Shown here: one piece after another, positions 33,057-42,043 of the stretch
Numbering within the stretch: the first letter of the stretch is position 1
How the letters are laid out: each line of letters begins with the position of its first letter
Assembly: GCA_044346035.1 (NCBI GenBank)
Contig: JBIIZY010000001.1
Coordinates: 2,499-66,498 of the forward strand
Source of the DNA: Rhodoferax sp.
GTDB lineage: Bacteria > Pseudomonadota > Gammaproteobacteria > Burkholderiales > Burkholderiaceae_C
DNA length: 64,000 nucleotides
Direction: 5' to 3'
Notes under the pieces: model-generated
Told to the model about the DNA's origin: nothing
The model's input: only the letters and a program-made list of their open reading frames with translations
Database searches by the model: none
Translations under genes and position numbers: made by a program

Positions 33057-34003
33057 TGCAGAGCCTCCCGCACTTGCGCAAGCGTAACCGGGTCGAACAA
33101 GGCCATCCCGGTCATCTCAGAGTCAATTCGCTTGGTCAACCCAGCCAAAACCTTGCCAGGACCACACTCAATCAAGGTGTGGAATCCTCGGGCCTTGAGG
33201 GCTTGCACACATTCCACCCACCGGACTGGCCCGGCGGCTTGGCGTACTAGCGCATCGCGAATGCGCTCTGGCTCAACCTCAAATGCAACATCAATGTTGT
33301 TGACCAAAGGGATGGTGGGCGGAGCGAATGCGACATGCTGCAAATGCTCCTGCAGCTTCTGTGCAGCAGGTTGCATCAGACGAGAATGAAAAGGCGCCGA
33401 CACCGCAAGCGGCAGTGCGCGCTTTGCGCCAGCGGCCTTCAGTTGCAGGCAGGCGCTGTCCACAGCGGCTTTGCTGCCGGAGATCACGGTTTGCATCGGG
33501 TCATTGAAGTTGGCAGCCTCCACCACCTCTGCCGAACCCGTGCCGAATGAACGGGTCACCTCCTCGCACACTGCGGCAACCCGAGCAGCCTCCAGGCCCA
33601 GAACTGCGGCCATCGCACCCGCACCCACCGGCACCGCACTCTGCATCGCCTGCGCACGCAAACGCACCAAGGGTGCGGCGGCGGCCAGTGAGAGCGAGCC
33701 CGCGGCCACCAGCGCGGCGTACTCGCCCAACGAATGTCCGGCCACCGCAGCAGGTCGCAAACCCGTCTCAGCCATCCAAATGCGGTAGGCCGCCACACCG
33801 GCAACCAACATGACCGGTTGGGTGTTTTCAGTAAGTGCCAGTGCCTCTTGCGGGCCACCGCGGATCAAAGCGCCCACGTCCTGACCTAAGGCATCCGACG
33901 CCTCCCCGAGTGTTTCTAACAACACTGGGTGGTCGCCCCAGGCATCGAGCATGCCAACGGACTGCGAACCTTGTCCTGGAAATACAACTGCAAATGGTTT
34001 CAT
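33053..34003 (-). CDS. fabD: malonyl CoA-ACP transacylase
   Basis: FPGQGSQ and GHSLGEYAAL motifs. Confidence 0.93.
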   Translation of the reverse strand: MKPFAVVFPGQGSQSVGMLDAWGDHPVLLETLGEASDALGQDVGALIRGGPQEALALTENTQPVMLVAGVAAYRIWMAETGLRPAAVAGHSLGEYAALVAAGSLSLAAAAPLVRLRAQAMQSAVPVGAGAMAAVLGLEAARVAAVCEEVTRSFGTGSAEVVEAANFNDPMQTVISGSKAAVDSACLQLKAAGAKRALPLAVSAPFHSRLMQPAAQKLQEHLQHVAFAPPTIPLVNNIDVAFEVEPERIRDALVRQAAGPVRWVECVQALKARGFHTLIECGPGKVLAGLTKRIDSEMTGMALFDPVTLAQVREALQ

Positions 34004-34052
34004 GGGTTGCTGGTGTTAGAGAACGGGCTGGCCGGCCAAAGCTGCAAAGCCC

Positions 34053-35039
34053 TTACATCGTAAGCAAGACTGCGCCCCAGGTAAATCCACCGCCAACGCC
34101 TTCGAGCATCACCGTGTGGCCGGGTTGCACCTTGCCTTGTCGCACGGCCCAGTCCAGGGCCAGCGGAATCGATGCAGCGGAAGTGTTGCCATGCTGGTCG
34201 ACTGTTACAACCAATTTGTCCAAGGCAAGTCGCAGCTTCTTTGCGGTGCTTTGCATGATGCGAATGTTTGCTTGGTGGGGTATCAACCAATCGATGTCCA
34301 CCTCAGTCAAGTCCGCCTTTTTCAGTACAGCCCGTGCAGCGTCTTCGAGCACCCCGACTGCCAACTTAAACACCGCCTGTCCATCCATTCTTAACAGAGG
34401 GGAGCCCAAAATCTGGCCGCCAGCGACATGACCCGGCACGCAGAGAATGTCGACGTGCTTGCCATCGGCGTGCAGGTCGGTGGCAAGCACGCCTGGACGC
34501 TCGGACGCCTCAAGCACCACCGCGCCGGCGCCATCGCCGAACAGCACGCAGGTAGTGCGGTCTTTGAAATCCAGGATACGCGAGAACACCTCGGCACCGA
34601 CCACCAAGGCGCGCTGTGCCGCGCCAGACTGAATCATTGCATCAGCGACAGCCAATGCATATACAAAACCACTGCATACCGCCTGCACATCGAACGCCGC
34701 GCCGCCGTTGGCACCCAGCTTGTGCTGCAAGATGCACGCCGTTGAAGGGAACACCATGTCCGGCGTACTCGTGGCAACAATGATCAGATCAATCTCTTGC
34801 GGCGCTCGGCCAGCAGCTTCCAAAGCCTTCTTGCAAGCCTCTAGAGCGAGGTCACTGCTAAACACCCCACCGGCAACGAAGTGGCGCGCCCGGATACCGG
34901 TGCGCTCAACTATCCAATCATCGGAAGACTCCACACCCTGCGCAGCCAACTGCAGGACCAAATCTGCATTGGTCAATCGTTGGGGTGGCAGGTAGCTACC
35001 CGTGCCGGTGATTCGTGAATAGCGTCTCATGCGGTTCAA
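34053..35039 (-). CDS. fabH: 3-oxoacyl-ACP synthase III
   Basis: [10 protein letters not shown] (Cys), [17 protein letters not shown]. Confidence 0.95.
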   Translation of the reverse strand: MNRMRRYSRITGTGSYLPPQRLTNADLVLQLAAQGVESSDDWIVERTGIRARHFVAGGVFSSDLALEACKKALEAAGRAPQEIDLIIVATSTPDMVFPSTACILQHKLGANGGAAFDVQAVCSGFVYALAVADAMIQSGAAQRALVVGAEVFSRILDFKDRTTCVLFGDGAGAVVLEASERPGVLATDLHADGKHVDILCVPGHVAGGQILGSPLLRMDGQAVFKLAVGVLEDAARAVLKKADLTEVDIDWLIPHQANIRIMQSTAKKLRLALDKLVVTVDQHGNTSAASIPLALDWAVRQGKVQPGHTVMLEGVGGGFTWGAVLLTM

Positions 35040-35058
35040 GCGTTCGGCGCCCAGGCCG

Positions 35059-36081
35059 CTAAGCGGCTTCGCTCATGGACAGCAGGGGCGCAGCGCGCGC
35101 AATGCGGATTTGAACGCGATCGAGCAAGTTGTTGTGGGAGGCATCATACGCGCGGTTCAACGCGTTTGTGAACGCCAGCCGGTCCGCTGAGCCATGGCTC
35201 TTGAATACCAAGCCGCGCAAGCCGAGCAATGCAGCACCGTTGTACCGCCGGTGATCGACCCGCCCTTTCAACGCTTGCAACACGGGGTTGGCCACCACCG
35301 CCGACAACTTGGAAAACAGGGTTCTGGAAAACTCGGCCCGCAAGAACCCACCGATCATTGCGGCCAAACCCTCACTGGCTTTGAGTGCGACATTGCCCAC
35401 AAAGCCGTCGCACACCACGATGTCGACCGAGCCTTTGAAAATGTCATTGCCCTCGACATTGCCGAAAAAGTTGAGGTCACCCGACTTGGCAGCCGCGCGC
35501 AAGAGCTCGCCGGCCTTCTTGATGACCTCGTTACCCTTGATGAGCTCTTCACCCACGTTGAGTAGGCCTACCGTTGGCGCTTCCACGTTGTTCAGAACCG
35601 ACACCATGGCCGATCCCATGACCGCAAACTGCAGCAGGTGCTGCTCCGTGCAATCCACATTGGCGCCCAAATCAAGCACGGTGGTTGCACCGCCGATGGC
35701 ATTGGGAATCTGCCCTGCGATCGCTGGGCGATCAATGCCATCCATCGTCTTGAGCAAATAGCGGGAAATCGCCATCAAGGCACCGGTGTTTCCCGCAGAT
35801 ACCGCTGCTTGGGCCCGGCCGTCTTTCACCGCCGCGATCGCTCCACGCATGGAAGAGTCCTTCTTCCTGCGCAGTGCCACTTCAATAGGGTCGTCCATAG
35901 CCACGACCTCAGTGGCCAGCACCACACTGGCTCGCGCATGCGAAAAGCCTCGCACCGCTTCTTGCAGACCCACTACGATGAGCCGCGCATCGGGGTGTTT
36001 TGCAAGGAAGTCGCTACAGGCGGGTAAGGTGACTTCAGGGCCGTAGTCACCACCCATGCAATCGACAGCAATGGTGATCAT
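35059..36081 (-). CDS. plsX: phosphate acyltransferase
   Basis: [16 protein letters not shown]-terminus. Lies between rpmF and fabH. Confidence 0.93.
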   Translation of the reverse strand: MITIAVDCMGGDYGPEVTLPACSDFLAKHPDARLIVVGLQEAVRGFSHARASVVLATEVVAMDDPIEVALRRKKDSSMRGAIAAVKDGRAQAAVSAGNTGALMAISRYLLKTMDGIDRPAIAGQIPNAIGGATTVLDLGANVDCTEQHLLQFAVMGSAMVSVLNNVEAPTVGLLNVGEELIKGNEVIKKAGELLRAAAKSGDLNFFGNVEGNDIFKGSVDIVVCDGFVGNVALKASEGLAAMIGGFLRAEFSRTLFSKLSAVVANPVLQALKGRVDHRRYNGAALLGLRGLVFKSHGSADRLAFTNALNRAYDASHNNLLDRVQIRIARAAPLLSMSEAA

Positions 36082-36122
36082 GGGTACATCACTGGACGAT
36101 AAACCGGCAAGGGCAAGCTCCC

Positions 36123-36162
36123 AAAAAAAAGCCCGCCGCTACAACGCATGTAGCTTCGGGCT
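36123..36162 (-). terminator. rho-independent terminator after rpmF
   Basis: Minus strand AGCCCGAAGCTACATGCGTTGTAGCGGCGGGCT hairpin followed by TTTTTTTT. Confidence 0.65.
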
Positions 36163-36180
36163 TGACCTGGGCCGTCGCAC

Positions 36181-36363
36181 TCAGGCTTCGGTTTTGGACT
36201 TCAACACCTTGCGTCCGCGGTAGAAACCGGTAGGGCTGATGTGGTGACGCAGATGAATTTCTCCGGTGGTGGGCTCCACAGCAATACCGGGAACAACCAG
36301 CGCATTGTGCGAACGGTGCATGCCGCGCTTAGAGGGGGACTTCTTGTTTTGTTGAACTGCCAT
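36181..36363 (-). CDS. rpmF: 50S ribosomal protein L32
   Basis: [22 protein letters not shown] 36363. Confidence 0.95.
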   Translation of the reverse strand: MAVQQNKKSPSKRGMHRSHNALVVPGIAVEPTTGEIHLRHHISPTGFYRGRKVLKSKTEA

Positions 36364-36465
36364 GGTGGGCTCCTGGGCAAAGTTGCGTGAAAGTCCAGCT
36401 AACACGCACACAAAGGTTGGTGACGGATACGCCCGCCAAAGGCGCGCGAAGCCCGCGATTATAGA

Positions 36466-37026
36466 TCAGTTATCGGTGGAAGTACCACCAGACCGCTTCA
36501 AGGCGCCAAGCGCAGCAAACGGATTGGTCCGTGGCGCGGGCTCATCATTGAAGCCGGGGGCTGCAGCACGGAGTCGCACCACGCCGGGGCAGGTGACGTG
36601 CTTGGGCACCAAAGGCACAGCCATCAGCAACTCATCTTCAAGCAGGTCCAGCAGGTTGAAGGCGGTGCTGGCAACCAAGACATCCTCGTCGGACTCCTCG
36701 TCTTCCACCTCTGCCAGCGCCTCGCTTGCGACGAACCGAAAATCCCGCTCGAACGCAAGTACCGTATCGACCGGCCCCAGGCAGCGCTGGCAAACCAATT
36801 GCACCGTGGCATTGCCCCGTAGTCGAATCCATGGCTCGGCCGTACCAGCGGGATCGTCGCGCATGCAGCCTTGTGCAGAAAACACCACCTGTGTGCCGCC
36901 ACCGGCCGGCGCACCAAGTTCCATCAAGCGCTCGAACCGGGCCACAGGCCAGGCGCCCTCAAGCTGACCTGCCGCTTGCGCAAAGGCCGCTACGTGCAGC
37001 CGCTCTGGGTCTGGTGGAATGTTCAT
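36466..37026 (-). CDS. yceD: YceD/DUF177 family protein
   Basis: CQRCLGP Cys motif, acidic EVEDEESDEDV stretch. Upstream of rpmF and divergent from maf, as in E. coli. Confidence 0.8.
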   Translation of the reverse strand: MNIPPDPERLHVAAFAQAAGQLEGAWPVARFERLMELGAPAGGGTQVVFSAQGCMRDDPAGTAEPWIRLRGNATVQLVCQRCLGPVDTVLAFERDFRFVASEALAEVEDEESDEDVLVASTAFNLLDLLEDELLMAVPLVPKHVTCPGVVRLRAAAPGFNDEPAPRTNPFAALGALKRSGGTSTDN

Positions 37027-37051
37027 CCGGGCAGTGTAAGAGAATGGCGCC

Positions 37052-37657
37052 ATGCACAGTACCGCGCCAAGAAAACTGATCCTGGGATCCACCTCGACCT
37101 ACCGGCGCGAGCTCCTGCAACGACTGCAGATTGCATTCGAAGTTAAAGCGCCCGAGGTGGACGAGGCGCCCCAGCCTGGCGAGCGTCCATCTGAGCTGGC
37201 ATCGCGTCTGGCGCTGGCGAAGGCGCAGGCCGTCGCGCAGTGGTATCCCGAGAGCGTGGTGATTGGGTCAGACCAGGTGGCTGACCTCCATGGCGCCCCC
37301 TTGGGCAAACCTGGTGACCACGAAAACGCTGTCCAGCAGCTGCGCAAGATGCGTGGCAATACCGTGGTCTTTCACACTGCGGTAGCGGTGGTGTGCGGCG
37401 CTACAGCTTTTGTATCGCAAGCGCTCGTACCCGTGCGGGTTGTCTTTCGCAACGTGAGCGACCCAGAAATCGAGTACTACTTGCGCACCGAAAAGCCGTA
37501 CGACTGCGCTGGCAGCGCCAAAAGCGAAGGCCTGGGCATTGCGCTTCTGGAGCGGATTGAGAGCACAGACCCAACCGCCCTAATTGGCTTGCCGTTGATA
37601 CAAACCAGCGCCATGCTCAGAGCTGCGGGGCTGAACGTACTAGGCCCGCGCGCATGA
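37052..37657 (+). CDS. Maf-like nucleoside triphosphate pyrophosphatase (YceF type)
   Basis: LILGSTSTYRRELL N-terminus, 201 aa. Confidence 0.85.
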   Translation: MHSTAPRKLILGSTSTYRRELLQRLQIAFEVKAPEVDEAPQPGERPSELASRLALAKAQAVAQWYPESVVIGSDQVADLHGAPLGKPGDHENAVQQLRKMRGNTVVFHTAVAVVCGATAFVSQALVPVRVVFRNVSDPEIEYYLRTEKPYDCAGSAKSEGLGIALLERIESTDPTALIGLPLIQTSAMLRAAGLNVLGPRA

Positions 37658-38409
37658 AAGGTCGGCTGTACCTGGTGCCCGCGCCCCTGGACTTTGGCTG
37701 TGAAGTCCAAAGTCCCATCGCCCACTCCATGCCCACCCACACGCTGCGGGTTACAGCAGGCTTGCGCTACTGGATTTGCGAAAACGCGAAATCGACGCGT
37801 GCATACCTAAAGCGCGTTGGCGATGTGGTCCCGTTGTCAGCCCCGTTGCAAACCATGGACTTCGCCGAGCTGCCACACGCGATCCATAAAAAGGGCGACC
37901 ATGGAAGTGACTTTGACGCACGGGTTTTGCTGGGGCCGACCCAGAGCGGCACGGACATGGGGCTGGTCAGCGAGGCTGGTATGCCTGCCGTGGCAGATCC
38001 AGGCGCATCGGTGGTGCGGGCCGCCCACGCGCTTGGCATCGTCGTGGTTCCGCTGGTGGGCCCGGTGTCGCTGTTGCTGGCATTGGCAGCCAGCGGCATG
38101 AATGGACAAAGTTTCGCTTTTGTGGGTTATGTACCGACTGACGCAGCCGAACGAACTGCAAAAATCAAAACTTTAGAGGCACTTGCGCGCAACACCGGTC
38201 AGACCCAAATCGTTATAGAAACGCCTTACCGCAACAGCGCGCTCTTGCTTGCGCTCACCCAAAGTTTGCATGCGAGCACGCGGCTATCCACATCCAGCGG
38301 GATTACCCTAGAAACCGAGGTCCATCGCAGCGCCAGCATTGCCCAGTGGCGCAGTGCCGGTTGGTCACTGGACAACCGGGTTCCTACGGTGTTTTGTATC
38401 GGGCACTGA
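37654..38409 (+). CDS. SAM-dependent methyltransferase, tetrapyrrole-methylase fold (RsmI-like)
   Basis: MKGRLYLVPAPL...SEAGMPAVADPG...ETPYR pattern typical of RsmI-like proteins. Start overlaps the maf stop by 4 nt. Confidence 0.65.
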   Translation: MKGRLYLVPAPLDFGCEVQSPIAHSMPTHTLRVTAGLRYWICENAKSTRAYLKRVGDVVPLSAPLQTMDFAELPHAIHKKGDHGSDFDARVLLGPTQSGTDMGLVSEAGMPAVADPGASVVRAAHALGIVVVPLVGPVSLLLALAASGMNGQSFAFVGYVPTDAAERTAKIKTLEALARNTGQTQIVIETPYRNSALLLALTQSLHASTRLSTSSGITLETEVHRSASIAQWRSAGWSLDNRVPTVFCIGH

Positions 38410-38423
38410 AATGCCCTTGGCGC

Positions 38424-39404
38424 CTAGCGGAAAGGCTCAGCGTGCCGCAACGCACGGGCGGCCGACTCACCCAAGGACGCGCCAAAGCGCTTGACGAGAC
38501 GCTCGGCCACATTGTCGCGGACTGAATAGTCAATCACTTCCTCTGCCTTGACCACTTCGCGGGCGACAAAGTCGACATTCCCAAGTTGGTCCGCCAAACC
38601 CATATCAACCGCTTGTTTGCCAGTCCAGAACAGGCCGCTGAAGGTCTCAGGCGTCTCTTTCAGGCGATCGCCGCGCCCGGCTTTAACGACCGCAATAAAC
38701 TGCTGGTGAATTTGGTCCAACATGGCTTGGGCAAACGCGCGCTGCTTGTCGGTCTGCGGGCTAAACGGGTCCATAAAGCCTTTGTTCTCGCCCGCCGTCA
38801 ACAGCCGTCGTTCTACGCCCAGTTTCTCCATCAAGCCGGTCAAGCCAAAGCCATCCATCAGCACGCCGATACTGCCCACCACGCTGGCTTTGTCGACAAA
38901 TATCTGGTCTGCAGCGACGGCAACGTAGTACGCAGCCGAAGCACAGGTTTCCTCAACAACGGCGTAGACGGGTTTGTTGTGCTTGGCTTTGAGACGCCGA
39001 ATTTCGTCGTTGATGATGCCGGCCTGCACTGGACTTCCGCCAGGGGAATTAATCAGCAATACCACCGCCTGCGCTCCCTCATCCTCGAACGCGTTGCGCA
39101 TAGCAGCGACCACCACATCGGCACTGGCCTCACCACCGCTGACGATTTCACCCTTGACTTCAACCAGCGCGGTATGCGGGGTGGATACGTCAGTTGAGGG
39201 ACCGCCACGGTGCAGGCCAATCCATGCCAAAGTGACAATCAGCAAAAGCCACGCAACACGGATGGCGTTTCGCCAACGGCGTGCAAGGCGCTGCTCTTGC
39301 AAGGCAGACATCGCCAGCTTTTCAAGCACGGCCCGTTCCCAACCAGGCGGCCTGGCGTCGTCGTGATCGCCTGCGGCACTGGGCGAAGGATTGGAGTCAG
39401 TCAT
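38424..39404 (-). CDS. sppA: S49-family signal peptide peptidase SppA (36K type)
   Basis: N-terminal TM, INSPGGS active-site Ser region, ClpP/crotonase fold. Confidence 0.85.
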   Translation of the reverse strand: MTDSNPSPSAAGDHDDARPPGWERAVLEKLAMSALQEQRLARRWRNAIRVAWLLLIVTLAWIGLHRGGPSTDVSTPHTALVEVKGEIVSGGEASADVVVAAMRNAFEDEGAQAVVLLINSPGGSPVQAGIINDEIRRLKAKHNKPVYAVVEETCASAAYYVAVAADQIFVDKASVVGSIGVLMDGFGLTGLMEKLGVERRLLTAGENKGFMDPFSPQTDKQRAFAQAMLDQIHQQFIAVVKAGRGDRLKETPETFSGLFWTGKQAVDMGLADQLGNVDFVAREVVKAEEVIDYSVRDNVAERLVKRFGASLGESAARALRHAEPFR

Positions 39405-39803
39405 TTATAAATCCACCGGTTGAATGTTGGGCGCAGTATGCCAGTGGACCATACCGTCGTGCTCCGACACGGCGATCTTCACCAAGCCCCCGCGACACGG
39501 CCCGCCTTGACACACACCACTGTCTGGGCTGTACATCGCACCGTGGGTCGCGCAAATCAGGTACTGGCCACTGGAGTCAAAAAAACGGTTGGGCTGGTAA
39601 TCCATCTCCATGGGCACGTGGGTGCAACGGTTCAGGTAAGCGTGCACCTTGCCCTCGAAACGAATGGCAAACGCCAGGCAGGTTTGTCCCGCGTACTTCA
39701 CGTCAAAGGGCACGGCATCAGCACCCTCAAGCAACTCGCTTGACGGGCAGAGCGCCAACGCCCGCGACCCCGGCATCTCACCATTCAACACACTGTGTTC
39801 CAT
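39405..39803 (-). CDS. Rieske [2Fe-2S] domain protein
   Basis: CTH...CATHG ligand motifs. ATG 39803 (MEHSVLNG...). The longer track ORF overlaps the HAD gene. Confidence 0.75.
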   Translation of the reverse strand: MEHSVLNGEMPGSRALALCPSSELLEGADAVPFDVKYAGQTCLAFAIRFEGKVHAYLNRCTHVPMEMDYQPNRFFDSSGQYLICATHGAMYSPDSGVCQGGPCRGGLVKIAVSEHDGMVHWHTAPNIQPVDL

Positions 39804-39822
39804 TGCTAGGCTCCGTGTTCGT

Positions 39823-40482
39823 TCATCCGTTTTCCAACAGCCACGCGTGCAAGTCCGCCACCGAATGGGCCACATACCGCGGGGCATATTCAGCAAAGCC
39901 GTCGGCCTGGTGGGCGCCGTAAGCCACGGCAACGCAGGCACAGCCAGCATTGCGCGCCATCTGCAGGTCGTGGGTGGTGTCGCCAACCACCAACGTTTTG
40001 CCAGGCGCCACCCCGAACTCATGCATCAGTTCGTGCAACATCAGCGGATTGGGCTTGCCCGCAGTTTCATCTGCGGTTCGCGACCCATCAAACATACCTT
40101 GAAGGTCCACATGCGCTAGCGCCGCATTGAGTCCCACGCGGCTCTTGCCCGTCGCCACCACCAGCAAATGCTGGGCGGCTTTGAGCGCGTGCAACATGGG
40201 CAAGACGCCCTCGAACAGGCTGGTGTCGTGTTGGTGCATCGCATAGTGGTGGCGGTAACGCGCACCCAGCTCGTGGTATTTTTCCTTGGGCACGTCCGGC
40301 GCCGCGTGGGCCAGCGCTGGCAGAAGCGCCATGCCAATCACATATGCGGCGGCGCGGTCGCTGGGCACAGTGCCCCCCACATCGGCCACTGCCGCCTGGA
40401 TGCAGCGGGTAATGAGCTGGGTCGAGTCGAACAGGGTTCCGTCCCAATCGAACGCTATCAGGTCAAACCGGCGATCCCCCAT
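39823..40482 (-). CDS. HAD-superfamily phosphatase (phosphoglycolate phosphatase-like)
   Basis: DLIAFDWDGTLFDS (motif I) and VGDTTHD (motif IV). Start is either ATG 40482 (TAATG junction with the rluC stop) or ATG 40491. Confidence 0.75.
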   Translation of the reverse strand: MGDRRFDLIAFDWDGTLFDSTQLITRCIQAAVADVGGTVPSDRAAAYVIGMALLPALAHAAPDVPKEKYHELGARYRHHYAMHQHDTSLFEGVLPMLHALKAAQHLLVVATGKSRVGLNAALAHVDLQGMFDGSRTADETAGKPNPLMLHELMHEFGVAPGKTLVVGDTTHDLQMARNAGCACVAVAYGAHQADGFAEYAPRYVAHSVADLHAWLLENG

Positions 40483-41549
40483 TACTCGCATGCCCCAGGC
40501 AACGCCACCCGCAAAAAACCTCGCAAGTCGGGCGGCAACTCCGACCGAATCTCCATACGCTCGCCGCTTGCCGGGTGTTGGCATTCAAATCGCCAAGCAT
40601 GCAAGAACATGCGCCCCAAGCCACCCGGCCTCGGTGCCCGCGCCAAGGCCTTGTTGGTGTCGAAGTTGCCGTATTTGTCGTCGCCCGCAATGGGCATGCC
40701 CTCAGACGCCAAGTGGACACGAATCTGGTGGGTGCGTCCGGTCTTGATGGTGACCTCCAACAAACTAAACGCCTGCGCTAAGCCGCCCGCAGTGGGGACG
40801 TTGGTGGCGCGCAGATTCACCAAACTCAAGGACGGCATTCCATCCGGGTGGTCCTTGGCCACTACCTTTACCCGGCGCTCACCACCCTCCGGGCCGTCCG
40901 CCATAGGCACCAGGTATTTGTGCAAGGGCTTGTCTAGCACCTTCTTGTTGGCGGGCCAATGGCCCACCACAACAGCGAGGTAAGTCTTGCCGGTTTCTCG
41001 CTGGCGAAACTGGTCTTGCAGGTGCTTGAGTGCGCTGCGCCGCTTGGCGACCAGCAGCACCCCCGATGTCTCGCGGTCCAAACGGTGCACCAGCTCCAAG
41101 AAAACCGCACCCGGCCGGGCCATGCGCAGCTGCTCGATCACACCAAACGCCACGCCGGAGCCTCCGTGCACGGCCACGCCTGCGGGCTTGTCGATCGCCA
41201 GAAAGTAATCGTCCTCGAACAGCACCGGAAAGCCTTGTGCTGGCAAAGACGGCAACCCCCGGCTCCACGCGCCGGCTTGGCCCGCTGGCGGTGTGGTGCG
41301 CTCTGCAACACGCACCGGTGGAAGCCGCACCAAGTCACCCGCCGCGACCCGTGTATCGGCGTGCACGCGCCCTTTGTTGATGCGCACCTCGCCACTGCGA
41401 ATAATTCGATAGATGTGCGTTTTGGGGACGCCCTTGAGGCAGCGCATCAGAAAGTTATCCAAGCGCTGACCCGCATCCTCGCCATCCACGAGGACCGTTT
41501 TCGCTTGCTGGCCAGAAGGCGCTGGAATGCCCCCTATAATGTGTTTCAC
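40482..41549 (-). CDS. rluC: 23S rRNA pseudouridine synthase, RluC-like
   Basis: N-terminal S4 domain and HRLDRETSGVLLVAK catalytic motif. Divergent from rne as in E. coli. Confidence 0.88.
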   Translation of the reverse strand: MKHIIGGIPAPSGQQAKTVLVDGEDAGQRLDNFLMRCLKGVPKTHIYRIIRSGEVRINKGRVHADTRVAAGDLVRLPPVRVAERTTPPAGQAGAWSRGLPSLPAQGFPVLFEDDYFLAIDKPAGVAVHGGSGVAFGVIEQLRMARPGAVFLELVHRLDRETSGVLLVAKRRSALKHLQDQFRQRETGKTYLAVVVGHWPANKKVLDKPLHKYLVPMADGPEGGERRVKVVAKDHPDGMPSLSLVNLRATNVPTAGGLAQAFSLLEVTIKTGRTHQIRVHLASEGMPIAGDDKYGNFDTNKALARAPRPGGLGRMFLHAWRFECQHPASGERMEIRSELPPDLRGFLRVALPGACE

Positions 41550-42043
41550 TAGCGTGACGCTGTAAGTGGTTGATTTAGTTGGAGTTTAGTCCACCCCACC
41601 GGCAGCCTCGCTGGAAGGTCGATGCCGCCGCACCGCCGCCGTTGCACACACCACGCCCCATGCGCTGGAAAGCACCAGGCGGTCCGGTCCATCAGACGAA
41701 TTGAAACCCTGCTACGGAATACCCCAAGTCTGCCAACCCACCGTTGGCAGGCGGATAAAAACGAGATGTTTGTGTTGTTGAATCTGGTAGCCCTCTGCAT
41801 ACGGTGTGTCCTCGCACCGCTGGCAGCGCTGCACCAGCCCACAGCCCGCACCCCCACGGCGCACCGCAACGGCCCCACTGCCGCGCGCACGCAAACACGC
41901 ACCCTCGTTCCCATCCACACGCCCACGCTGCGACGTCACGTTTGACGTAGCCAAGCTTCGGCAATTCCACCGCGTTTCGGTTCGTCTGCACAGGCATCGT
42001 TGGCCCACTTTGGGCAGGTACACAATGATGAAGGATGCACTCC
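41550..42043 (+). promoter_or_regulatory. rluC/rne divergent region including the probable long structured rne 5' leader
   Basis: 494 bp non-coding. 8-bp hairpin CTGCCAAC-CCACC-GTTGGCAG at 41730..41750. C-rich, T-poor tract at ~41831..41937. E. coli rne is autoregulated through a long 5' UTR. Confidence 0.4.
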
